Shown piece after piece: positions 52,610 through 64,000 of a stretch of DNA of 64,000 bases. The position numbers were made by a program, and so were the translations under genes. The stretch is from Octopus sinensis (taxonomy: Eukaryota): positions 28,210,001-28,274,000 of the forward strand of contig NC_043002.1 of the NCBI RefSeq assembly GCF_006345805.1, in the 5' to 3' direction. The notes beneath the pieces are model-generated. The model did not search any database, was not told the origin of the DNA, and saw nothing but the letters and a program-made list of their open reading frames with translations. Numbering within the stretch: the first letter of the stretch is position 1; the number at the start of each line of letters is the position of its first letter.

Positions 52610-53702
52610 GCATGCACATACATACACACATATATTCACACATACTCACACACAAACATTCAAATATATATATATACATCTGCATTCATGCACATACATA
52701 TGCACAATTATACCTACGCCCATCCACATATGCGCATGCTCACATTTGTACATGTTTGACCGAGGGTTAAGTTGTGGATTTCTAAAGCCATTCAACCTCA
52801 AACCCATGTCAACCCACTGGTCCTTTCCCACCGATATTTTCCCAAATCTGTAACAACAACTACTACAACAACAATCACAACGGCCACTACTGCGACCGCA
52901 ACCACCGCCAACACCACAATCACTATCTACGCCTCGTATCATTAGTTCCGGTCTTATTCATCATCAACAATAAGAACAACAACTGCAACAACAACAACAT
53001 CGGTAATAACAATAAACAAATGATAGGCCTGTGGGCCATTGCTATACAGACAAGAATTCAATTATCGCAGAGTGGACAACAGTAAAAAAAAGGACGAAGA
53101 GGAGGAAAAGAAGAGAATATGGGTGAATGAATAAAGGTGTCGTAATAGAGAGAGAAAGAGAGAGAGAGAGAGGGGGACAGAGAGAGAGGGGAAAGGATGG
53201 AGGGAAATAGAGATAGAGAGAAGGAGAGTGAGAGAGATTGATTGGAAACAGGGAAGAGTGAGAAAGGGGTTGAGCATTAAAGAATGAGTAGGTTGGCTCA
53301 CAGCACTGTAATAGATTCATGCTACTCCCCAATGTGTGTCTCACCACGATATGCCGGATGCGCATGCGCACACAAATATAAGGCAGGCATTTCCCTTGCA
53401 CGCAAATAACACGCACACACACACCCAAACGTAACATACACACACACCACACACACGCACAAACGTAACATATATACACGCACACAAACATATACATACA
53501 TATAAATATATAAAGCAAATTTAAGCATTATTATATATCTGTGTGTGAGTATGTGGTGTCAATACAGCTATTTATGGGATCATATATATATATACACAAA
53601 TATATGTATATACACACATATATATATCATTATATATGGATGTACATGTGTATCCCATAAAACAAACGTGTTATGCATGTATATATGTATATATATAGAG
53701 AG

Positions 53703-53737
<35 letters not shown>

Positions 53738-53747
53738 TGTATGTATG

Positions 53748-53791
<44 letters not shown>

Positions 53792-54265
53792 ACTCATAAA
53801 TGTGTATATATAATAATCATGAGCATATGCATACACCTAGACACACACACATAAATTATACATGCACGTATGCTTATGTAAATGTGTACCTGTGTCTATT
53901 GGGGAGAAAATAATGGAGACACAGAGATACAGCTAAAGTGTGGGACAGTTAGATAGACAGATAGATAGATAGATTGATATATAGATAGATAGATAAATAG
54001 ATAGATAGATAGATAGATGGATGGATATGCATCTGTAATATATAACAAGGTACATAACCTACAAATCATAGAAAAAACACACACGCACAAGTGAACAAAC
54101 ACACATTCCACACACGTTTACGTGGAGCAAGAAACAAACTAATACATGAAATGCATTTCTAACACTTATAGTGATGTAATAATGTCATACAAGGACTCTC
54201 ATTCTCTCTCTTTATATACATGTGTATGTGCGTGTGTATACATACACACATACACATATATTTAT

Positions 54266-54316
<51 letters not shown>

Positions 54317-55510
54317 TATATTACATATATATACATAACATATATAATGCACATTATATACACACGTATATGTACACATACATACATATATATATACAAA
54401 CATATATATACACACACACATATATATATATATACACACATATATATATACTATATACACATATATGTTTGTATATATTTATATGTGTGTGTGTTTGTGT
54501 ATACGTTTATGTGCGTGTGCGTGTACGTGTGTGTATGTGTGTGCGTGTGTATACATACACACATACACATATATTTATACACACATATATATATACACAC
54601 ATAGATCCATATACATATATATACATATATACATGCACTTATATATACACGTATATGTACACATACATATATATATATTTATACATATACATATATATAT
54701 ATATATACAAACATATATATATACACACATATATATACACATATATATATACTATATACACACATACGTTTGTATATATTTATATGTGTGTGTGTGTGTG
54801 TATACGTTTATGTGCGTGTGCGTGTACGTGTGTATATGTGTGTGCGTGTGTGCCAATGTGTGTATTTACATATCTATCATATACGTACAAAGTGTTTAGC
54901 TTGTAGTTGCTGCTTGACCGAAAAGCTAAGAAGTTTACTTCATGACTACAAGATTATGGTTTCGATCCTACAGCGATGCGTAGTGGGCAAATGTTATTTT
55001 CTATAGCCTTGGGTCTCCCCATAACTTGTGAGTGAATACGTGTAGACAGGAAAGGCTATTGAAGACCGCAGGCTAGACTACACATGTAATTGGAAACCTA
55101 GAGCCCGATCAGACACTGTCTCAGGCTGTTTTTTCCTGAGAATTTCTTTAGGAGTACAGGTGTTTATGGAATGCTCAGCCATATACACCCTAATTCGGGA
55201 ACAGGTAATTGAATTAATCGATCAACTGAATCTTCGTCGTCGATCGACGAAGATCGCATCACACATGCACAGACATGCCCACACATATACAAACACATGC
55301 ATACATACTTACCTGCATATATATATTATATATATATATATGTACATATGCATTCCATTCATATATATACACCCACATAACTCCCGACATGTGCACTTAC
55401 GTGCATGTATGTATGGCTTTACGTACATTTGTATCTGTACGTTTATTCACGTATATCTGTGTATTCGTATGTGTGTGAGCTTTTGTATGCGCATACTAAA
55501 GATAGCTATG

Positions 55511-55551
<41 letters not shown>

Positions 55552-56110
55552 TATATATATATTAATATATATATATACATATATATATTGATATATATAT
55601 ACATATATATTTACACATACACACACACAATACACACACACACATATATGTATATATATATATATGCACATGTATTTAAGAGCGTATAAACACGAAATAT
55701 AATGTATAAATAGATATATACATTCATGTATATGTTTATACATACATATGCATTTATATATTATATACGTATATACATATATTTCACACACACGTACACA
55801 CACACACAGAAACACATACATACATACACACATACATACATACATACATACATACATACATACATACATACATACATACATACATACATACATACATACA
55901 TACATACATACATACATACATTAGTCCATATACACCACATATACCTATATACAAAGAGAGAGTCAGATACAAAGACCGTGAACAATGAGAGAGAGATAGA
56001 AGGAGAGTTAGAAAAAGAGAATGAGAGAGAGAGAGAAGAGAGAGAGAGTAGAGATAGAGAGAGAGAGAGAGTCATCCACCGTCTCGTTATGGATATATAG
56101 TGATGCAAGA

Positions 56111-56321
56111 TCACCTCAAGCCTCGTAAACCAAACCAACTTAGCTTTACACGGACAGCAAGGAAACACACAACAAGATAGTTTCCACCGAAGACATCTTC
56201 ATTAAGAATCTTGTGTTTTCCTGTTTGATATCCTGCAAGCCATTTCCTGACCGATTGATTATTTGAGAGAAATTTGATATAATCCACTGCTGGCTTCATT
56301 TGATCTCCATGGCAGTTATAC
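56111..56321 (-). CDS. Orphan exon-like ORF, function unknown
   Basis: Acceptor-like ttcacttgatatccttcag| then open frame YNCHGDQMKPAVDYIKFLSNNQSVRKWLAGYQTGKHKILNEDVFGGNYLVVCFLAVRVKLSWFGLRGLR*. It is a complex-composition island among microsatellites; no family was recognised. Confidence 0.3.
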
Positions 56322-57280
56322 CTGAAGGATATCAAGTGAAAACCTATTATAGAAATGTTATTATGAATGTTACCACGAGAGATCAGTCGGCGTTTTGCTG
56401 CTGTTTGTATAATGATCAGATATCATTACAGTAAATAATAGGATTATATAGCTCGCTGAACAGAAGGCTGATTTTGTTTAGAAGTGTGTGGCTCTGAGGA
56501 ATATAACCAACATGTACATATGCATGTGTGTGTACGCGTGTATATGTTTCTGTGTGTGTGTGTGTGTGCATACATGCAAATATATATATATACATATGTA
56601 TGTGACTGTATACAAGCATACTTACGTGTATATATTTATATATGTATTATATATGCATGTTTTTATTATATATATATATTATATATAATATATATATATA
56701 TATTATGTATATATATATATACGCATGTTTATATATATATAAACTCACGCATATATATATAATGTATATAGTATATATATATAATGTGTATGTGTGGGGG
56801 TTATATATATATATATATACGTATATTCATACATACAAACATATATAGATATATATACATATATACACATATATGTTATATATGTATGTATGCATGTATG
56901 TATGTATGTATGTATTAATGTATGGGTTATGGCCGCACGGACGCAAATACTTGATTACATATACAAAGATATATATACATATATGTGTTTGTGTGTGTGT
57001 GTGCGTGTGTGGTGTGTGTGTCAGTGTAAGTAATTTGAAATACGTACTTACACACACAAAGAAGCAAACATTACCTATTTACAAACATTCATGCATAAGT
57101 ACATAATTTACATATAAGCATATATAGGATCGTATACACACATGCATATGCATGCATGCATACATACATACATACATACATACATACATACATACATACA
57201 TACATACATACATACATACATACATACATACATACATACATACGTACATACGCCCCTCTGCACACACATGCACACGCACA

Positions 57281-57312
<32 letters not shown>

Positions 57313-57916
57313 CATACATACATACGTACATACGCCCCTCTGCACACACATGCACACGCACATACATACATACATACATACATACATACATACATACATA
57401 CATACATACATAAATGCGCTTCTACACGCACGTAAGTATTGTTTGAGAAGTACAAGCACTTTGATAGAACGCTACTACTTGAAAGAAAGTTCGTATGAAG
57501 ATAACTGATTTTACTATTGCATTATCAACTGTGGAATCTTGTTTAGTTGTACAATATCAGACCAGAAATCTAAATAAAATACATTAAAATATAAATGAAC
57601 AAATGAACCATGACATAACAAACATTACATGGGGTATATTTTTCAAATTGGATTTGCACTTACAACATACAAAAAAATCGCTGAAGAAGAAAAGACACTG
57701 CTTGCATATGTTAACTAGATATATATAACGTCTATGCGGTAACTAGATAAATCTGGCCTTTAGGTGGTTGGTGGGCATGTAGGGTAACACACGGTATATG
57801 GTTCTTAACGACACTAACATGACTACATAGCGTCTGGGCAATGACTAGACATATACTCTACAGTGTCTTTGTGATAACTTCTCATTCCCACAGACACAAA
57901 CACGCACGCACATATG

Positions 57917-57975
<59 letters not shown>

Positions 57976-57984
57976 TGTTGAAAT

Positions 57985-58170
57985 TTACAGAAAAACAAAA
58001 GACGAAGACCAGTGTATAAACAACAAACAGGTGTATGAGCTTAACGCCCAGGAAGGTGAGACCGTCTTTTACGTTTCGAGCCTACGCTCTTCAACAGAAA
58101 GGAACACGAGGAAATAAACAGAGAGAGAATAAAAAAAACAACTTTTGGAGCTAGCGGTCAATCATATATA
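57985..58170 (-). mobile_element. PLE terminal fragment with hammerhead-like motif (58065-58102)
   Basis: Minus strand reads CCUUU CUGUUGA A GAGC guag GCUC GAAA C GU A AAAGA. Flanks are homologous to the 1.3 kb and 21.8 kb copies. Confidence 0.65.
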
Positions 58171-58415
58171 TATGTATGTATGTATGTATGCATGTATGTA
58201 TGTATGTATGTATATATGTATGTATGTATGCATGTATGTATGTATGTATGTATGTATGTATGTATGTATGTATGTATGTATGTATGTATGTATGTATGTA
58301 TGTATGTATGTATGTACGTGTATGTGTGAGTGTGTGTGTATGTATACATATATATAAATGTAGATGTACATATACATATATATATATATATAAATATAAA
58401 CACACACTTATATAG

Positions 58416-58998
58416 TGGTGAAATGTACCAGTGAAGACCTCAATAAAATATAAGCACAACAGACCTGATATAATGATTTGGCATAAAGAAGAGAAACTGT
58501 GCAGGGTTGTGGAAATTAGCTGTCCATCGGATGTTAATATATAGCTGAAGATCAGTGAAAAAACACAACACCTATGCTGAACTATTGAGAAATCAGCAGT
58601 TACTCTATCCAGATTACAAGTTCAGATTTATACCTGTAATTATTGGGGCCCTAGGATATGTAACACACTGCCTAAATACCAATCTTGAGAAATTAGGTTT
58701 CTCAAAAACAGAAAGGAGAAAGCTAATTCAAGGACTACAGATCCTATCCATCACTGGAAGTGTAAAAATCTGTAAAACTTTCCAGAAGTTTATCATTTAA
58801 ATATATATGAGCATGTCTAGATATGCATCTATATGCATGAGAATACATACTTAAAGCATACAAATCTGCACTCACATACATACACACTTACAAAAATAAC
58901 TTGTTGATGTTGAAATTCCAATGAAGGAGACTTGGATCTAGGTTAGAAACCGGTTCTGTCTCGATTAGCAAGAAATTTTGAAATAAACTGAATAATGA
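58416..58998 (+). mobile_element. 3' fragment of an RLE-type non-LTR retrotransposon of a different family, ending in (CATA)n
   Basis: W*NVPVKTSIKYKHNRPDIMIW..LCRVVEISCPSDVNI*..EK / NTYAELLR...RFIPVIIGALG...KTFQKFII* (stop at 58800), then about 200 nt of 3' UTR and catacatac. Confidence 0.8.
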
Positions 58999-61908
58999 CA
59001 TACATACGTACATACATACATACATACAATGCCTCTAGGTAATAACGGTTTCAACTTATGGCAGAAGGTCTGCAATTTTGTAGGAAGGGTATGTCGATCA
59101 CATCGACCCTAATGTCCAACTGATACTTATTCTTTTGACCCCGAAAGGATGAAAGGCAAATTAAATGTGGCGTGCCAACTATTCTACAAGCTCTGCATCG
59201 TAGGGTAATAACAAGACATATAACCTTTGGCTATCAAAGATATATATGGCTTTTAAGTGATCGATTGACATAGAGCTATTTCATCTGTAGATATTAATTG
59301 GACTTATACGATACAAAGCCTCTAAATAATAACGGAACAAACACAATTACACAACCTCTGGCTAATAACTACACGAAGCCCAACTACCAGTGCCTAGGTA
59401 ATAACTAGATCATGCATAGATACAAGTCTTCAAGGTAATGACTAAACAAATACTGTTGCAAAGCATCTAGTTAATAACTACAAAACAATTATACACTGTG
59501 AGGATGGTTAATCCAAATGCATAACTTTCCAGAAGTAACTCGATCTACCCAACTGTATCAAGACTGTAGCTTATACGTAGAGAATTACGTCTTGCGTATA
59601 TAATGTAAAGACAACGAGTGATCGAGCAAAGTTTGATTGTCACAGTCAGGAAAATCATGGCTACAAATATTTAGTTTCCAGATGGTAACATTATAGCAGT
59701 GCGTAGATGTTAACTACAGAGAAAGTCTGTGAAGTGAAATTATATAAATTCAGTTTGTAGATGGTGACTATATGTCGCCTTGACTAATACATATAGAGTC
59801 AAGGCGACCTTTTTTGATATGTCATAGCTAAATTTTAATTTCTTTAATAATACTGTATGTAGAGTGTCACATATATTTTAGTTTCAGATAACTATATAGA
59901 CACAGTTTCTGCACAGTAACTAAACAATCAGTTTAATAACAGTGACACTATAGAAAATGTGCATGTGGTAACTATATAGATACAGTTTGCAGATGTCAAA
60001 TATATAGAGAGCTTTAAATAATAATTCTATAGACACAGTGTGGAAATAGTATCTTATGAATGGTACAGTATGTAGATAATAACGATATAGACTGTCTGTC
60101 GATAGCATCTTCATGGACGTTGATGGCAAACAGGCGAACTCATCTAACATATGTCAAACCTTTAATTTCCTTAATAATCCGGTTATTAGATTGTCATTTA
60201 AATGTATTTTAGTTTTAGGTAAATGTTTAGAGCTAAGTATCTTATAACGATTTTGTCGAGAGATTTTTTTTCTTTTACGAAGTCCATTTTATTTCACGTG
60301 AAAACCTGGTGCGTGTCACTGATGACAGAAGTGTCGTAGGTTCGCTATCATTGCTATATGCACGGCTCACACTTAGTGACTAGGTATAGACGGCTGTAAA
60401 GTCTCTGGATGCGAATCAGATTGACAGCCTCTGTGGTAATTAAGTAAACAAGGATTGTACATACCACCTATGCAGTTGATGATAAGATAAAGACAGTTTC
60501 TACGTAATTATTTCATAAACACAGCTTAAGAGTTCTTATCATACTATCAAACATCGAACTCACAACCAACTACTTTCTATCAATTAAAATTCCAAGTTTA
60601 TCTCCCCTTCCTTTCTTAACCAGAATTAGTCTTTAAAATGATTTTATTTCTCGTATCAATAAGGATGTAATTTTAAAGAATTAGGATTTCTTGGTTTACA
60701 ACAATCATTTTCCATTGCTCTATGCTTTTCGTATGCAACTCGGCGTGACCCACTCTGTACACTTTAACTTTTCACAGTGAATTGACGGCACAGCCATTCT
60801 TGCGCCTATCTAATTCTTTTCTGCAAAGAAAAACACATTTCAAAATGTAGTCCTAAATTACTAAAAAGAACAGCATGGTTATGACAGAACTGTGTTTGAT
60901 CATTGATCTTCTGAGTATGCACTGACCTACAAGTACATTAGAGTACAGAGAACCGTCACTCGCGTGTGAGTATGAATTGGTAACATATAAAATGCTTTCA
61001 ATAACTGCATTAAGTGACTATGTAGTCATAAGCATAAATAGACACCCTCTCAACTCCATCGCTCTTCATCCACAGGAACATCGAAGATGCGTCATCTGAC
61101 AGGCGAATTTCTGAAAAAGTACTCAGCTGGTATCCATTACAGATCAGAGTAACATGAAATAAAAGACACATTGTGATGCCCAGAAAAGGAAGTGAATCCT
61201 CCACCTTAACAGCATAAACTGGGTACTCCTAACTTAGCCACTAAGCCACGCGCCTTCACTGATCTCATAACTCGGAATATAAATGTGAATAACAAAACCA
61301 ACAATAGCAGCAACCAATCACTGCTCAACAACACGATCAGAAACCGGCTGACACCACACAACACCTGATACCATCTCATAACACCAACTATCAACAACTG
61401 TGGAATAAAATAAAGGATTTTAGGTGCCGGCAATCGTATATATGTTTCAAACAAAAATGGTGGCCAAGATATGTCAAAGGAAACGCTGCCAGCAAAAGAC
61501 GCTCTTCTATCGATTTCTGGAACGAACGCCATTTTTCATTTGCTGAATTGTATTGATCTCATCAGATGAGAGTGTCACCGTTAAAAGATCGGTCTATCTT
61601 CTGAATCACTCATCCATCAATTTGACTAATGAGTTGAACTAATTAATGACTCGAGCAGATTCTGACAGGAACATCGCGATCTGTGCCACCAGATACATAT
61701 AACTATCCTCTTACACTTCTCTTTCTCTTCCTCCTTTTTCTCATGAGGTTTTTATATCTTTCTGTTTACCTCACTATCTTACGATATGTATGAATGTTTG
61801 TATGTATGTATATATGTATGTAGGTACGTATGTATGTAAATATAAATACATACATACATACATACATACATACATACATACATACATACTACATACATAC
61901 ATACATAC

Positions 61909-61982
<74 letters not shown>

Positions 61983-62554
61983 ATAAGTGAAACAGAAAAA
62001 GAAGAGTAATGGCACGGGAGACATACGAAGTTATAAGTTATAAGTAAAGACGTATATGTCTAGGTATATATGTTTGTGTGTGTGTGTGTATACTCTGAGC
62101 AAGCGAACGACACATAATACTTCGGGGTCACTGTCGATAGCTTACTTAAAATATATTGTGCGATCTTTCAATTAACGTTTGACTGTTTATAGTTATAACT
62201 GTACATACAAAAATCATCAATACTTACGCCGGTGTGTGTATGTGTGTACATACATATACACACCCACACATACACACACACTCACACACCCCACACATAT
62301 ACACACCTACACACATACATATATTCACATGTATACAAACATATATGTATTAATGATAATACATGTGGTTGAATGTATACAGACATATATATATATATAT
62401 ATATATGCATGTAGACTATCTTTCCATCTCCCTTTCATTCTTACTCACTTGGTATCTGTCTCTCACTTTCTTATTTTCACTCTCCATCACTCTCCATCAC
62501 TCTCTGTCTCTCTCTTTTTCTCTGTCTCTCTCACACACACACCTACACAACACA

Positions 62555-62600
<46 letters not shown>

Positions 62601-63300
62601 CACACACACACGTACTCACTCATTCACTCTCTTTCCATTCCCCTTATGTTGCTAAACACGTCTTTATCACACTAGCCATCCATTATTATATTTTCCAAGA
62701 CTTCGTAGATAGAATATTATGTTGACAACAAATCATCTGGAATGTTTATCGTTCTTTGACGTTTTGGCATTGTACCATTATTTTCGGTGTTGGAGCGACG
62801 GTATGTTGAAATTTAAAATAACAGATGAATAAACTAAGAGAAGAATGGTGGAGGACAGGTATGAGAACTGTGTGGGAAGCTGGTGAAGACGGAAGGAAGA
62901 GAGGTAGGTAGGTTGGTGAGTATGAATGTATAAATGTATATACGTACGTATGTATGTATGTATGTATGTATGTAGTATGTATGTATGTATGTATGTATGT
63001 ATGTATGTATGTATGTATGTATGTAGTATGTATGTATGTATGTATGTTGTATGTATGTATGTATGCATGCATGTATGTATGTATGTATGTATGTATGTTT
63101 GTATGTATGTATGTATGTAGGTAGGTATGTAGGTAGGTAGGTAGGTAGGTAGGTTGGTAGGTAAGGAGCATTGGTTGTGAGTATGGCTGGATTGAATGTT
63201 CGATCGAGACTTTGATAGATAGATGAACCAACACTGATAAAGAGACACAAAATTATAGACGCGCGCGCACACACACACACACACACGCACACACACATAG

Positions 63301-63361
<61 letters not shown>

Positions 63362-64000
63362 ATGGTATATTACGTATACCGTATATAAGATCTCTAAGCA
63401 TGGCTGTATTGTTAAGAAGTTTGTTAGCAAACCTGTGGTACAGGTTTCGTATGCACAGCGTAGCACTGTGTGTGAGTGTCTTCTGCTATCGTCGCGGAGT
63501 CAGTCCAATGTCTTGTAAGTGAATTTGGTTGAGAGAAACTGAAGGGAATCCTGTCAACTGTCGTATTTATGTGAGGCGCATGCGATGTGGTGTATTCATG
63601 CGTATTTGTTTCCCAGTACCTGATAACCGGTGCAGGTTGTTTACGTCCCCTTACTTTATTTAGTGGTGCCCTTTCAATAAATAGAGACAGAAGGAATAAA
63701 TACCAGCTCTCAAATAAATATTGGGATTGATTTGATCAATGAAAAATCCTTCAAGGTGGGAGTTCAGCATCTCGGCAATCCAATGACGGAAACGAATGAA
63801 GTAAAGAAAACATTTTGTATATGTGAATGTATATATGTATATATGTGCATGTACAAGCACACACATGCACACATACTCACACGCACACACACATTTTCAG
63901 GAAAATTATCGTCATACTTCGCATGAAATCCTCAACAGAGGACAGACATACAAACATAATGACTGCAAGAATATACAATATGCATAAGTATTTCGCTTCC

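Noticed and set aside
61206-61532. 108-aa minus-strand ORF with a hydrophobic stretch and an acceptor-like site
   Set aside because: There is no recognisable family, the hydrophobic part comes from TTG/GTT-rich sequence, and the end overlaps a SINE-head remnant (ggcgcgtggcttagtggc).

Overview
AT-rich eukaryotic genomic DNA, very dense in microsatellites and almost entirely made of repeats. The SINE families and microsatellite load suggest an octopod cephalopod (Octopus-like); this is an inference from recalled repeat families and was not checked against any database. Nearly all ORFs in the supplied track are translations of (TA)n, (TG)n, (TACA)n, (AAT)n, (AAG)n or (GGT)n tracts and are not genes. 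The main contents are as follows. (1) A nest of R4/Dong-clade site-specific non-LTR retrotransposon fragments at about 29-40 kb (RT, CCHC finger, restriction-like endonuclease). The well-preserved copies sit in (AAT)n arrays and point the same way as the array. (2) A 560-bp non-coding element with fixed ends that is flanked by (AAT)n and may be their non-autonomous partner. (3) Several Penelope-like element (PLE) remnants with GIY-YIG fragments and at least five hammerhead-ribozyme-like motifs, three of which share a non-canonical CUGU core. (4) Old RTE-type LINE relics, tRNA-derived SINEs (two with perfect TSDs) and Helitron-like non-autonomous repeats. (5) One plausible host-gene signal: a minus-strand 24-codon first exon at 13002-12931 encoding an eh1-like motif (FTIENII), with a perfect GTGAGT donor and an upstream TATA/GC box. 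There is also one orphan exon-like ORF at about 56.1-56.3 kb. No complete gene, rRNA, tRNA gene or CRISPR array is supported.
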